DNA from: Mobula birostris
Lineage: Eukaryota
NCBI RefSeq assembly: GCF_030028105.1
Contig: NC_092385.1
Span: forward strand, 38,468,774 to 38,532,773
DNA length: 64,000 bases
Direction: 5' to 3'
In this document: piece by piece, positions 35,911 through 50,771 of the stretch
Layout of the letters: each line of letters begins with the position of its first letter
How positions within the stretch are numbered: position 1 is the first letter of the stretch
The notes under the pieces: model-generated
The model's database searches: none
What the model was told of the DNA's origin: nothing
Seen by the model: the letters and a program-made list of their open reading frames with translations, nothing else
Translations under genes and position numbers: made by a program

Positions 35911-36429
35911 TTATTTAGAGTTTATTTTGCTGCCAATCAAAGTGATTGTGTTCGCTGACTTGTAATATCCTGTTAATTCTCAACCCTTCATAACAAGGAA
36001 CGTGAATACTAGTGATATCTTTCAGTCATTCTAACATTAGCTATCTTTAATGCAGTGACCTATGTTAGGACCCCAAACTCCCATTATGAAATATGTTTTT
36101 CCTATGATACAATTTTGAAGTGTTGCTGTTCCTTGTGTTTTCGTAGAGTTGAAATGGGTTGTTAAAAATCTCACTTTATGTATATTGTTTACTATATCGC
36201 GAAATTAGTACAAAATGTTTTAAATGACCATGCTTGAGTTGACTGACTTAATGTTAAATCTGATAAATTAACGTTTTTGTCCAACTTGCAAAAGAACGGC
36301 CAAAAAGGAATCATGATGATAGAGAATTGATAAGGTTATTTCTGATACTGGTCCAAATAAAAGCATTATACCATCAATTTTCCATTCCAATGTATATGTC
36401 CAAACAGAGCTTCTCCAGTTCTTTTTATA

Positions 36430-36660
36430 AAATTACAGGAGTACAGGAGATTGAAGATCCATGCTCAAAGGTTCAGAAACAGCTTGTTCCCCTCTGTCAT
36501 CAGTTTTCAGAATAGGCCACGAATACTGCCTCATTATTCCATTTTCTTTTTGCACTATTTACTTACTTTAGTAATTTATAGATTTTTAAACTCTTTACAC
36601 TATACTACTGCTGCAAAACAACAAATTTCAAGTCGTGTGTCAGTCTTAGAGAATCTAATT
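36430..36660 (+). mobile_element. Rex1/Babar 3' end fragment
   Basis: RFRNSLFPSVI motif and 3' UTR tactgctgcaaaacaacaaatttca. Confidence 0.6.
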
Positions 36661-37019
36661 CTACTTTGCAGTCCTAAATTTACAGATGAATTTCAATTAA
36701 ATTACCGATAGAGAAATATTATCAAAACAGAAATGGAAATATTGCAATTATCATTTTGCAGTAAGAAATTACGTGGTTGGAAATGGTCAATTTTTGTAAG
36801 GAGTAGTTGAATAATTTTATGTAAGCATGGCTGCACCAATATGTTAAAAGCAAATTCCTAATTACATAAAGCCAACTTTTGTTACAACTTTTTATTATTC
36901 GTCCTGTAAAACAGTCAAAGAGTCTTGGTGTTCTACACAGAATATTGGTTATGTGTACTTTGAATGAGGTGCAAGTGTTCATTTAACATTATTTTGAAGA
37001 GCAGAAGTAATTGAATGAC

Positions 37020-37200
37020 ATTGTGCCTTTCATGACCTCAGAACTTCCCAAAGCAGTGAAATAATTTAAAAATATTATTTCTGGTATAAAATACCGAATA
37101 GAGCAGCCAATTTGTACAAAGCAAGTTGCTGCAAGTGCTATGGAGTAATGACACAGATAATCTTTTTTGATAGAGAAATAGCAGGATTCTCCCTAATGCC
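37020..37200. mobile_element. Deu-domain SINE remnant (AmnSINE1/SacSINE1-like)
   Basis: gcagccaatttgtacaaagcaag...taatgacacagataatct resembles the recalled Deu central domain. Confidence 0.45.
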
Positions 37201-37417
37201 TCGGATATTACAAAAATACTAGTCAAGCAAATGGTATCGTATACTTGGAACTGATTGCTGCATTTCTTAAATAGAAGTCTCTCTTTTTTGGTTGATAACT
37301 GACAATACTTTCTGAGGTTCAAGATTATCAGAGGTGCCTTATAAAGGATACATTTTTACCTGTGATTCTTTCTGTAATCATAAATGTAGATTATTAACAT
37401 CGTAGATCCTATACATT

Positions 37418-38137
37418 GTTCAAAGTGCAAAGTAATTTATGAAAGTACATATATGTCACCATATACTATCTTGCGATTCATTTTCTTGCAGGCAATTGCA
37501 GTTAGAATGGAAAAATACAACATATTCAATGAAAAACTATGTATTAACAAAGACTGACAATCAAACGAATAAGTAAATAAGTAATATGGAGAACATGAAT
37601 TGTAGAGTCCTTGAAAGTGAGTCTATAGGTTGTGAATCAGTTCAGAATTCAGATGTGAAGTTGTTCACACTGGATGAGGAGCCTGATTGTTGAACGGTAT
37701 GAAGTGTTCCTGATCCTGGTGATGTGGGACCTAAGACTCATGTACCTTCTTCCTGATGGCAGCAGCAAGAAGAGAGCATGCCCTGGATGGTGGAATTCCT
37801 TGATGATAGATGCCACTTCCTTGTGGCAGCGCTCCTTGTGGATGTGCTCAATGATGGGGAGGTGTTTACCTGCGATGGACTGGGCTGTGCCCGCTACTTT
37901 TTGTGGATTCTTCCGTTCTTGGGCATTGGTGCTTCCATGCCAGACCATAGTGCAACTAGTCAGGGTGTTCTTCACTGTGCATCTATTAAAACGTTTGCCA
38001 AAGCTTTAGATGACATACCAAGTCTGCGCAACCTTCTTAGAAAGTAGAGGTGCTATTGTGCCTTCTTTGTGATGTCAGTTACATGCTGGTCCCAGGACAC
38101 ATCCTCTGATAGGATAACACCAAGGAATTTAAAGTTC
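37418..38137 (-). mobile_element. Rex1/Babar 3' fragment
   Basis: ORF 37649-37975 TSCTMVWHG..HHPGHALFLLLPSGRRY. Confidence 0.85.
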
Positions 38138-39689
38138 CCTACGCTAACCATTGTGTTTATTATGTAAATTTATTATTATTATCTCAGTCTATTTAAGTTT
38201 TCCTCCATTTTTGTACTTATTTTCATTGATCTTAGATTCCAAAATTATAAGTGAAGTTTACATTTGGCACAACTCCATGCAAGCTCTTTTGGGTTTGATA
38301 TGGCCTACTCCAGGTTCTCATGATGGAAATCAATTTACTGGTACTAACTTAGTGTACTGCAGATGAAAGCCAATTTATATTTTGAACATTCTAGCATAGT
38401 TCTTACATCTTGCAAATACATTATAAAAAATTAAGAGAGTTAACTAGATTTGTTTAACTGCTGTTGGGGAGGGGATTGATACAATATGATACGTCCCCTT
38501 TTGCTTTAGTTGTATACAATTCCAGATTGAGTAAAGTGCAAGTAGATGAATAAACATTAATTCCTGCACCACATCTCCAAATGTTGGAAGGAGACCAGTA
38601 TAATCTTCCTTGATGCAATGCTAAGTGTTTGTCTGTGGACCTGGATCTACTGGGAGTAGATTGCATTTGCTACAACTCATTAATCTTGTGTCATGTAATA
38701 GCCTTTGCAGATTTGTGATGATCATTGCTGAGCTTAAATCAAATTAGATCTTCAGAGATCAAGTCTCATCACATTCACTGTAATTTATTACAGACAGATA
38801 AATTGTCTAATATAATCATAATTGGGTTGTTTTACTTAGGATACTGTTTTTGAAAACAGAATCATTTTAACTGTTCTTTATTAATTGGATTCTCTGAGCT
38901 GAATTCAAGAGATGTTATAAGATTTTAATTTTGGTATTTTAATAGGTAAAATTACGAAATCAGTAATATTTGGAAAAAAATGCTGTCTTTGTAAAGTTTT
39001 ATATTAATCAGTCAGTAAAAGCTAGTATTGCATTGTTTTTAGAATATAAAATATTAATTTACCAGTAGGACTTTTAAGAGAACGATTATAAAACATGATC
39101 ATATACACAGAAAATCCTTCAATATTTTGTCATTTTTAGACAGTTAGCTGAACTTTATAGGAGCTGCACATAAAACCTGTTTACAAATGTAGATTTTTCT
39201 TGTATTTTTATTTTCTCTGTGTAGAGACTTGTGCCACTTCACTCTTAACATATTTTTCTACTGAATTTAAAAGTGTGAGATTCCCTAGTTTCTCAATTCT
39301 TTTCTCCTAGACTAATTCAAAGAAATAGATGTTAACAAAGTGTTACCTTTTAAATGAATTCTAATTTAAAATTTCGTAATAGCTGCTGATCTAGTGCTGG
39401 TGAATCCTACATCAACAGGTTCTCATGCAAGTGCCAAATGGAGTATCATTGTGCAAAAGAACATTCATTAATAAGATGTGCTTAACCTGCAGCATTTCAA
39501 TTTTTTTATTACACACTTGCCTGTCTCTTGCAAAATAATACTGAATGGGGAATAATAAGTTCCAAAATGAGTATTAAAATAAATGGGGGGGGGGCGAGCT
39601 GGAGATTGATAGATGGTAATCAAGAACCATTAAAGGAGGCCATACCATTGGCAACTAAAGGATGACCGTGACTGCCACATCCAACAATA

Positions 39690-40176
39690 ATCAGCACCAG
39701 AATCAGGTTGAATATCACTGGCATATGTTGGAAAATTTGTTAACTTTGCGGCAGCAGTACAATGAAATACATGATAAATAAATGTAGATAACAAAACTGG
39801 ATTACAGTGTGTGTGTGTGTGTATATATATGTCTATTAAATAGTAAGTTAAAATAAGCATTGCAAAAACAGACATAAAAAAAGTAGTGAGGTAGTGTTCA
39901 TGGGTTTGTCGTGTATTTAGAAATTGGATGGCTGAGGAGAAGAAGCTGTTTCTGAATGGCTAAGTGTGTGCATTCAGGCTTCTGTATCTCCTTTCTGATG
40001 GTGCCAATGAGAAGAAGGCATGTCCTGGGTGGTGGGGGCCTTTGATGATGTATGCCACCTTCCTAAGGCACTACCACTTGAAGCTCTCTTGGATACTATG
40101 GAGGGTGGTAGCCATAATGGAGCGAACTAGTCTTACAAGTTTCTGCAACTTACTTCAATCCTGTGCAGTAGCCTGC
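39690..40176 (-). mobile_element. Rex1/Babar 3' fragment
   Basis: PHHPGHAFFSLAPSERRY on the minus strand; gaatcaggtt tail. Confidence 0.8.
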
Positions 40177-41987
40177 GCCCCCCCCCCCGCAGACAATATG
40201 CCTTTCCACTTACCTACTAGATCCAGTTTATCCATGACTACCCACCACACCCCACAGCTTAGATCCCATAATGCAATATCTGATGTGAACACCTCCCACC
40301 AATCAGAATCAAAGAAAGAGAAACTGCTGGAGGAACTCCGGGGTTTGAGAAAGGTATTGTCGATATTTTGGGTTGAGACTCCAATTGCAGATTCCACAGG
40401 AAACACTGACAATTCCTTCTCCCTCTCAGATGCTGCTTATCACTGCGATCCTCCAACAGTTTTTTTTTGTTCTAGGTTACAGCATCTGCAGCCCTGTGTG
40501 TCATCCACTCATCTGAAATTTATAATCTCCCACTGGTAACTCCTCTCTGACTTCCCAATCCTCACTATGATGGTTCCAATTACACTTTTGATCTCCTGAT
40601 GACCTTGTATATCTTGTTTTCCCAACCAGCACCTTATCTCCCAATGCTTTTGATGTCTCAGTATCCCCAACTGCATTCAGACAGGTACCAAATCATAAAT
40701 TCTTCTATGCTTCTCTAAGTTTATTGTTTCTTGTCACATACATCAGGATTCAATGAAACTCTTGCTCTCATGAAACCCACAGAGTAAATAGTATGCATGG
40801 CTATAAGAAATACAATTGATTCTCTGGCTGTTGTATGATGCTATGTTTCCATGGACAGGCATCCTCTTAATGTGGCTGGCTTTAGTCAGGAAGTGGAGAA
40901 AAAGAATTGTTAAAGATTCCAATCAGGCTTTAAATCCAACAGGAGCTGAAATGAACCTGTTCATTTGAATCTCCCTGCAGCAAAACAACACATCTCACCT
41001 CCTATTCTGCCTCCTCTCTTTCTGTACATTCAAAGTTAATACAGAGCCAGAGCTATGCTAAATATCTTAAGTCTGAGAGGTTAACATGGATACTATGAGG
41101 CTCTTTCTCCTATTGGAGGACTTTAGAACTAAGGAACATAATCCCAGGACGAAGAATCATCAATAATAAGAAGATATTGCATCTGCCAGAGAGCTGTGTA
41201 TCTTTGGAATTACCTAGAGATTTATGACTGCTGAGCACATTCAAAGCAGAATTTGGATTACATTAATTTCGAGGGTTAAGGTAATTGAGCAGAAAAATGT
41301 AGTCAAGGTCAATGATCTGATCAGTGATGATCTTAATGATTTGTGAAGTGGGATTGAGGGGATATTTGGCCTTCTCCTGCAACTTTTCATGGTGTTTGGT
41401 TCTGAGGGGAATCATCGTCATGGACATGAGTGAGGAAAGATTAAAATCTAGTTAAGGTTGGAGGTCAGATGCCCCTGCTGCCCAAGGGCAGATGACTCAT
41501 GTGCTAAAGAGGGAGTCAAGATGCACCATATTCCTGTCCCTTAACTTTCTACTGGGGAAGACTGGGAGCAATGACCCCATTCATATGAATGGGTTCCCTG
41601 ACACCATGCAATAGCACGTGCTGGCTAAGCTCTTGACTCAGTTTATTTTAATGATTTTTATTATTTGTGAATATGTTAATCTGATGTTAAATACATAGAA
41701 TACTGTAAAGAAGTCTTCGATGTATATAAGGGTCTCAGTCCAAAATGTTAATTGTTTATTCATTTTCACAGATGCTGCCTGATTTGCTGATTCTCCAGCA
41801 TTTTGTGTGTGTTGCTATACATATCTAGGGTGTATAAGACTTTTACGCTACTGTATCTACTATATGTTTAGCAATATTTACATAAGACTCACAGATATTG
41901 CTGTTTCAAGGGCAAAAAAGAGAGGATGGGGATAGATGTTTTTCCACAATGTGCTTCAAATCAAATCAAAATTAATTCAGGCAGAAA

Positions 41988-42053
41988 CGTACTGTGCAAA
42001 CGTCTTAGGCACCCCAGCTATATATTTGTGTCTAAGACTTCGGCACAGTACTG
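41988..42053. mobile_element. Palindromic Tc1/mariner-type mini-MITE
   Basis: Inverted repeats gtactgtgcaaacgtcttaggcac (41989-42012) and gtgtctaagacttcggcacagtac (42028-42051) around a 15-bp spacer; a degraded relative at about 41698-41855 is interrupted by a Penelope fragment. Confidence 0.65.
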
Positions 42054-42849
42054 TACATCTATCTCACCAATTTTTGAAATAACTTTATCATTAAAAAAGT
42101 TGCCACTTAACCTAAAAACTGTTGGGGCCTCAGGATATGCCACTGAAGCCTAGCGAGTGCTTGGAACATGCTGTGACTCATCAGATAGTTGTTGAGTGCT
42201 GAGGATCAGTTTATCTGGTTCTAAAATCTGCATGTGCACATGAAAGGGACCTCAGGTAGCAGTCAAATTCGTGATGATGCGATCATTTATGGGCTTCTAA
42301 TATTAAATTTCCACATGATGATCAACAGGTTGTGTGGTAGTATCTATACAATATATTGTTGACCCTTATTCATCTTAATCCAGCATGATTCATAAACGAC
42401 AGGAAAGAATGGGAAACAGAATGGAAAAAGGGGGAAAAGAAAGAGGAAGCCATGGCTTTGACACATCCTGAACTTTATGCTGTGGATAAAAAAAAGTCAC
42501 ATCATTTTTCAGCATCATTGCAGCATCACTCAGAAAAAAGAAAAATCCTTTCTACAAACTGCTAAAGAAAGTGTAGTATTTTGGGGAAGTCTTCCTTTGA
42601 AAATTCTACTTCAGGACTGCCACAATGGCAGCAAAGGAAAGCTTGAGCTGCAGCAGATGTTATATATTTTCAAAATAATTTTTCAATTTGCAATTCTTAT
42701 AAATTTGTTTGTTAGGATGAATGCCAAATTCATTTTTAAGAGAAAAATGCCAATAGGGCATTCAATCAGATATTGAACAAATTAAAATTCAGAGCATAGA
42801 TTTCTCCACTCTGCCACTTTGGTGCTCATTTTTGATCATTTTTGCAGTG

Positions 42850-43065
42850 GCCTTCATGATCGTAGGATGTCTCAAATTGTTTCGCAGCCAATGAAAATGC
42901 ATTTGAAATGTATTCATTAATGTAATGGAAAATAAAGAAAATACCAGCTGTGCAGAGCAAGGCCCTGCAAGCAAGAACATATTAATCACCGGATAATCTG
43001 CTTTTTCCTGAATAAGAGATAAATATTGGCAAGACACCAAGGGGAAATCCCCTACCCTTCTTGCT
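42850..43065. mobile_element. Deu-domain SINE remnant (AmnSINE1/SacSINE1-like)
   Basis: cagccaatgaaaatgcatttgaaatgtattca...ggataatctg...gataaatattggcaagacacc...cccctacccttctt matches the recalled Deu domain. Confidence 0.6.
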
Positions 43066-43458
43066 GTAAACTAATGCCACTACTTTGTGAAAGGATCCCT
43101 TGCTTGGCCACTGCTTCCATTATAGTTAAGCTATTATAATGATAATAACTATTTCCAGGGAACACTCCCTCCTTTATATCCAACATAATAACTTAATTTC
43201 TTTACAGTCCTTTTTTTCGCTATTTCAACTCCCATCACTTCATATTGTGATAATTTTTGGACAGCTCCTTTGGTTACAGTCATCTTTAACCTACTCTATG
43301 CAATTTTGTGAATGTCAGTGGAATTTTCATCCTGGTTAAATTATAGGAAACCCAGCGCAGATATGGTGAATTAAGAATCCTTGATTTTTAAAATGTTACT
43401 CCTCTTCCTCCAAGTGGACGTCTGTCAAAGATGATCCCTATACTCCTGCCATCAATGC

Positions 43459-44120
43459 CGAATCAGAATCAGGTTTATTATTACTGTCATGTGGTAAAAT
43501 TTATTGTTTTACAGCATCAGTACAGTGCACAATATAACAATTCTATAAGTTATGAAAAAAAGTACAAGGATTAAGGGCATGTGTAGCATCCCTCCCCCTT
43601 CCACTTTCAAATCTCTTACTATATCTTCTTTCAGTTAGTCCTGATGAAGGGTCTCGGCCCGAAATGTCGACTGTACCTCTTCCTATAGAAGCTGCCTGGC
43701 CTGCTGCATTCACCAGCATTTTGTGTGTGTTCCTAATGAAGTATAGCTGCTGCTGCTGCACCTTCTTCATAATTGCATAAACGTGTTGCACCCTGGATAG
43801 ATTTTCTGAAATGTTTATGCCCGGGAACTTAAAGCTGATCACCAACCACTAGCCCCTCAATAAGGACAAGTGTATGTTCTCCTAACTTCCCCTTCCTGAA
43901 GTCCACAATCATTCCTATGGTCTTGCTAACATTGAGTGCGAGGTCAATCTGTCTCACTCCTGTATGGCTTCTCATCGCCAGTCTGAGATTCTGCCAAAAA
44001 CACTGGTGTCATCTGCTAATTTATAGATGGTGTTGGAGCTGTGCTTAGCCACACAATCATGAGTTTAGAGAATGCAGAGCAGTGTGCGAAGCACGCAATC
44101 TTGAGGTTCGCCTGTGTTAT
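43459..44120 (-). mobile_element. Rex1/Babar fragment with a Penelope fragment (about 43590-43731) inserted
   Basis: SFKFPGINISENLS, IVDFRKG and IYKLADDT; gaatcagaatcagg tail. Confidence 0.75.
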
Positions 44121-44674
44121 CTGTTAACAACTGAGTTTTGTAATTAGTATTATGAAGACTGCAATAATTATCTTTAGTTTGCTTGCATAGTTGCACAGTG
44201 ATGAATCCCTAAATTTAGTGCTTGAGTGTGAATGTATAATCTCACTTGCATTGTTATAACGAATGTTGAAGATAAAGGATTACCTTTGGTTTAATATGTG
44301 CCCTCACCACAGATCATGGTATTAATTTACAGCAATGAGTGAACCATGTTCTCATTTGGATACATCTGGGTTCGACTGAACTTTCAAAATTCATTACATG
44401 CTTAGATAGCATTCACTGCCCATTGCTTCAGAATGTGCTGGTGAGTTGTCTTCTTGAATCATTTCAGTTTGATTATGTTGTTAGGCTAGGAAATACTAGT
44501 CTCACTGAAGGCACAGACAGTCAACGCTGTCTGAAACTTGGAAGGAATCTTGTAAGTTGTTCTGTGATTTTAATCAGTTAATCAAAGGTTGCTATCTTTG
44601 TCCTTCTGGTAGCAGAAGATTGAAATGAGGACACACTGTTAGTGAAACATTTCTGGATGTTTATAAACAACAGT

Positions 44675-45385
44675 GCTTTTACTTCCTTAGACATTTGCAT
44701 AGATTCGGAATGTCACCAAAAACTTTGACGTACTTCTCTAGATGCACAGTGGAAAGTATGCATAGAAATACCAATACCCTGGAACAGAAAAGGCTACAGA
44801 AAGTGGTATGTACAGCCCAGTCCAGCACAGGCAAAGCCATCTCCACCATGATTACATTTACATGCAGCAACTATCATCAAAGACCCTCACTATCCAGGGT
44901 GGTCTCCTTGCTACTACCATCAAGCAGGTTGTACAGAAACCTTAAGTCCCACAACACCAGGTGGAGGAACAGTTATTACCATACAACAACCAGGCTCCTG
45001 AACTGGTATGGATAACTTCATTCACTACTACTCTGAACTGCTTCCACAACCTTTCAAGTTGTCTCGTTCATAGCTCGTGTTCTCAGTGTTATTATTATTT
45101 GCACAGTTTGGCTTCTTTTGCACATTGGCTGTTTATTAGTCCTTGTCTATTTATGTATAGTCTTTTAGTAAAGTTCTGTTATATTTCTTACCTCCTGTAG
45201 ATACTTGTAAGAAAAGTAATCTCAAGGTAGTATATGGTAACTTAGAGTCATAGAGAAGTACAGCACAGAAACATGCCCTTCGCCCATCTAGTCCATGCCA
45301 AAACCATTTCAACTGCTTACATATGTGTATATATATATGTATATAATACATTTATCTAATTTGATAATAAATTTATTTTGAACTT
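44675..45385 (+). mobile_element. Rex1/Babar 3' fragment
   Basis: ORF 44695-45015 RFGMSPKTLTYFSRCTVES..LLPSSRLYRNL; tail ttttgaactttgaa. Confidence 0.8.
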
Positions 45386-46018
45386 TGAATTGCCGCAGTG
45401 CATTATCTAGATGATACACACTGGAAATACACCACTGAGTGTTTGCTATCATGGGAAAGTTCCTAGACTCTTTTATTGGAGAAGATATTTCACTGTTTGA
45501 CACTTGTATGACATGAGTATTTCTTGCTAATTATCAGCCAGATAGCATCAAAGTCTGTATGTAGTTATGGACTTATTTGTTATCTGAAGAATTACAAATG
45601 GAGATTTTGTAGTGAATTCATTGGTAAACAGCCTCACTTCCAACACTTCTAGCTTCAAGGTAACCACAAGCTTACAGTTGTCTGCCATTTTAATTTGCCA
45701 TCTCACTCCGACCCCTGTCTATAGCCTCCTGTATTGTTATGAAACTCAATGTAAGCCTGAGGAAAAATACTTTATTTTCTGGGTGCATTGCAGCCCATGG
45801 GTCTCAATGTTGAGTTCTAAACTTAAAGTTTGCACTTTGTTTCTGTTGGTATCAGGACTGAACATTTGTTTCTACTATTCCTTTTACTTTGTGCTCATTT
45901 GTATTTTCTGGCCTGCAGTGCAAGTCCCAGTAAGCTAGACCATGCATCATCATTTAGAATTCGCATCAGCAACACCATACTCAGACGAAGGAATTTTACT
46001 GTCTATTAAATGGCTTCA

Positions 46019-46890
46019 TCAGAATCAGAATCAAAGTTAGTTTTATTGTTACTGACATACTGTCCACCTAGATTATAATAAGAAATTATTAATAAATAAT
46101 TAAATAAGTAGAGCAAAAAAGAGCAGAAATATTGAGGTAGTGTTCATGGGTTCATTGTCCATTCAGAAATCTAATGGTGGAGGGAAAGCAGCTGTCTCTC
46201 AAATACTTAATCTGTGTCTTCAGGCTCCTGTACCTCTTCTCTGATGGTAGCAATGAGAAGAGCGCATGTCCTGGGTGGTGGGAGTCATAAATAATAGATG
46301 ACGCCTTTTTGAGGCATTGTCCTTTGAAGATGTCCTTGATGGTGGGGAGGCTAGTAACCATGATGGAGCTAGCTGAGTTTACAACTCCCTGCAGCTTTTT
46401 CTAATCCATACAGTGATGCAACCAGTTAGAATGTTCTCCATGGTAGATCTGTAGAAATTTGCTAGTGTTTGTTGAAATACTAAATCTCCGCAAATCCCTA
46501 ATGAAACAGAGCTGCTGGAGGGCCCTCTTTATAACTGCATTAATTATACTGGGCCCAGGATAGATCTTCAGAGATGTTGACACTCAGGAACATGGAACTG
46601 TTCAGCTTTTCCACTGCCGACCTATTGATAAGGACTGTTGTGTGTTCCCTCAACTTCCCCTTCCTGAAGCCCACAATCAATACTGACATTAAGTGACACC
46701 ACTCAACCAGTCAATTTATCTTGCTCCTCTATGCTCCATGTTAACATCTAGATTCTGCCAACAACAGTGTTGTCATCAACAAATTTATAGATGGCATTTG
46801 TGCTGTGCCTAGCACACAGTTATAGGTGTAGAGAGAGTGAAGCAACAGGGTAAGTATACGTTCTTGAGGTGTGCCTCAATTTTCAGGATG
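46019..46890 (-). mobile_element. Rex1/Babar fragment
   Basis: HHPGHALFSLLPSEKRYRSL and IYKFVDDNT; (tcagaa)n tail. Confidence 0.8.
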
Positions 46891-49800
46891 GGAAGAAGAT
46901 ATCTGCAGTGGACAACAGTTACCCAAACTGATGCAAAAAATTGGGGAAAAAAATGGCAGAAAGTGAAGGCTAATAAAAGTAGTACACTTTATGGTGGTTT
47001 GGATTTTTATATTGCAATCTTTGCATTTTTGCAAATTCTTTGCAAGATTCTGTATTAAATCTACTTTTCTTCACTGCAATAGCTTTTATTCATTTTTATT
47101 TTCTTGGATTTGCATTATTTCCAGATTTTTTCAGATAAAGTATTTACAAACCACAATGCTGTGATACTTAGCATGAACCCAAAATGTGCCACTTTATGAG
47201 ACTCTGAAAGCCACACATTAGGTAATATAACTAGTCCATATTTTCTCACATTAACACACTGTAATGAGCAGAAACACTTTCAAACATACTGGGAGGGCAA
47301 ATTTGTAGCAGTGCAAGTGCTAGACAACAGCATAAACTGTTGTGTATGTGTGTGGGTGTCACAGGATTGAGGTATATTTTTGTACCACTTACGTCTTCTG
47401 TTATTATATTTGCATACGCACTTTTGATGTATCTGTACCTGTTTTTTTGATATGTTAATTTAAAAATATTGTAGCCCAAAAATGAAGTGTAGGTAAATGC
47501 AAGTTGAAATCTGTGAAAACAATGGGTGAAATGTTATATTTTCAAGAAGCACTGCCCTTTTTATTTGCACATCTCTTTTGTTTAAGTGTTACTAAATATC
47601 TCAAAAAGCTTCAGAAAGCAGGCATGACACCTGGACTAGAAGGTATCATTAAAAATGATAACTGAAATCTGTTTCGATTAGATAACTGGATCATGTTGGT
47701 TGAAAATCTTCCCACCAAATAGGGCAATGGGAGAATAGAGATCATAAAGTAATTCTGAAAGGGTACATAGGAATGAAATGACACAGGAATTCTGAGGCAG
47801 GGTTAAAGTTTTTGCATTCAATATGTTCTAGAGCGGTTATCCAGTGAATATGTAAACGTGAGTTGACATCAAGATGGAACGTATTTAGAGCTGTGATGGA
47901 AGTAAGCAACCTTGATAAACTAAATGTGGTTTTAGTGCTCAACGGTAAGAAATATGAACCTTGGAGGCCTTTGGTGATGGGGTGAAAGCATGAGGGAAGA
48001 GGCCAGTACAGGAAATATGAAGGCTGTAACATGTTGAATGCAAAGGCATTGTCACAATGAAGGAAGCCCTGTACAGTGTTCCCACATTGTAAGAAGCTAT
48101 TAACTAGTGATCAAATATTGGGCTCAGCCACCCTCTTGTGGATTTAAACAATCTTTAATGTTTCTTTGCACTTCAGATTTTGTGAGCTGTTGATTTATAT
48201 TCTTCATCTTTAGTATTATTTGCCAAAGCTAATATTTAAACAAAAATTGTGAGGGCTTTCCTAATCTACAGAAATTTTTGGACATTTGATTTTAATTGTC
48301 TGCATCCCATAGATTTACTGAACAGGATCATAAAATCATTATAGCATAAGAAGAGGCTAAGCAGCTCATTGAGTCTATATGCTCTTTTCTAGTGGAGCAA
48401 CGCATCATAATCCTCCATTCTTTTCCCACGGTCCTGCTCTTTTCCCTCAAGGCCCATTTAATTCCTTTTATATCTTTAGTACAAAATTGTAATTCTGCCC
48501 CTTGTCTTGAATTATTTTCAAATGGATATTTTTATCTTATCACTAACTAACCTACTGAAACCAGTCAAAATTTGAACATCTCAATCAAATCCTCTTTCAA
48601 CCTTCTTTTCTCCAAGAATAAAGGCATCCTTACAAGTCTGACCTTGTAGCTGAAATCCTCATTACATTTCATTAAAATTCACTTAGAATTTCTTGCACAT
48701 CACTACATTGCACTGAGCATACACCCACAGATCAGAATTTGAATCTATGTATGATTATAAAAATTCAAAGATAAAGTTAAAGGTTAGGTTTATTTGTCAC
48801 ATGTACTTTGAAACATCAAAACATACAATGAAATGCATCATTTGCATCAATGAACGCGCAGTCTGAGGATAAAGCTGGATTTTATTTCTAGGGTCACTTT
48901 CTACGCCCTTCAATACTCCATATTTATTAGGGTTGGTTCCTTACCTTCATTATGCTGGTAGGGTTCAGGATGTTTTAGCTCTTTAAGCTACAGAACACAA
49001 TGGATTACAATTGTTGATGGGCTAGCTCGTGGATGTTGAGATGCCGTTTCTATTCTTTATCTTCCCAAATTAGCACCACACAAGGGCCTGTAACGTGTTG
49101 TAGATTTCTACGTACTATATTCAAGGGTATCCCAAGTGTTATAGGCAGTAGGTGTTATCTACATTCATAGACACTTCTGTTGAGAGAAGGCAAATTACTG
49201 AGATTGAGGTTAAGGATATTTAGACCTCTTTGTACCAGCCACAGACCCAGTCTAGCAAATATGTCATCTAGCACTTAGCCAGCTTGGTCAGTGGTAGCCC
49301 CAATAAGTTGCACTTTGAAGATGGATTTTGACCTTCCAGGATACATTTTGTGCTTTTATTCTTTTTTCATATTCTACATTCAGCACGGAGTAGCATTGAC
49401 TTATCAGCTGAAGGGGACTACAGTTGGCAATCAGTCTGTGGTTTACCAGACCATATTTGATTTGATCTGAATATATAGGGTATAAAGTCAATGGTGAAAA
49501 TTTGCAGAGCCACTCTTTCCTGACTGTGTACCAAGTTTCCTGGTGGTCTATCTGAATTTTAATGTATCTATAATTAAATGTAGCGGTTTTGATACAGCTC
49601 TATGGTATTCCCCCTTTTGGAGAGCAGTTAATAATCAAGCATATTGCACTGGGTTTTGAGTTGTAAATGGTCAGGTCTATGGTTCTGAAGGATCAAATAA
49701 TTTTAGAAGCAATTTCATGGTCAGTGGTCCAGTTTAGTATATTAGCTGAATTTAACCTTTCCAGATAATTTAGTGGACTAATGTCTCCATATCAATGCTC

Positions 49801-50771
49801 CAGACTTCTGAATTACTTTGAAAATTATGGGTAATAATGAAATAAAATCGGGTGTCATGAAGTGTATTGCATAAGGTTAGAGCACAATTTCTGAAGGGCA
49901 ATCTCTAATGTAATGCATTAAATATGGTGAGGGATATTGCAATAATATATAATATAGACCCAAAGTTTAATTTGTTTGTGGTACTGTATATGAACAAGAT
50001 GATAATTAAATCCATGCAATCGAAAGTTAATCATTGAATAGAAAATGTGTTGTTTGCATTCCCAGAGCTGCATCTCTAAGGAACTTGGACGGATAGACAT
50101 TCTCAATGGACAGTGGTAACTATGTGATCACTTGTCCTATCTTCTATTGTTTAATGTGGACTATAGCATTCTCTGTATGATGTTGAAAAAGTTCACATTG
50201 TGACAGATGAAAATACAGTTCCGTAGTAAAGTCATGCACTGATATCAGTCCTGACAGATGATGTTGTGCCAATTCTAGCAATCATATAGACCTGGATTTA
50301 AGTAAACAAAACATGCTTTATTGAAAAGTGTTATAAATGCTATAGATGAGCAGAAAGCGGGATCAAATCCCACAACAACAATCAGGAGCAGCAATTTATT
50401 CTACATTAAAATCATTGCTTTGATATGACCTGTTACAGAGTCCCACAATGCCTGAATATGTTTAGAACTATAGAGAGAAACAGGTATCTTTTCATTTAGA
50501 AATACAGGAATCACATCTTAGTCTTTAGTTTTATGTAGGTCTTAGAATTCAATTAATCTAACAAGTACAGCTTGAAATTAATTTTTTTCATACTAAACCT
50601 CTTTGTTCTTTAATATTGTTTAAAAACATCAAAAATCTCGCTATTGAATAGAGTAATTAAAAGAACTGTATTATTGTCTTCCCTAATGAAAAGCATGGTG
50701 ATCATATATACAGCAGGCATTATTCAAAACCTCCAACTGAATTTCTCATATCTGCCAGAATTTTGACATGT

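Noticed and set aside
41515-41545. atgcaccatattcctgtccc resembling the prokineticin MHHTCPC motif (PROK2 neighbours GPR27 in mammals)
   Set aside because: It reads MHHIPV with no flanking similarity or splice sites. No EIF4E3 or PROK2 exons could be identified by eye in the window.
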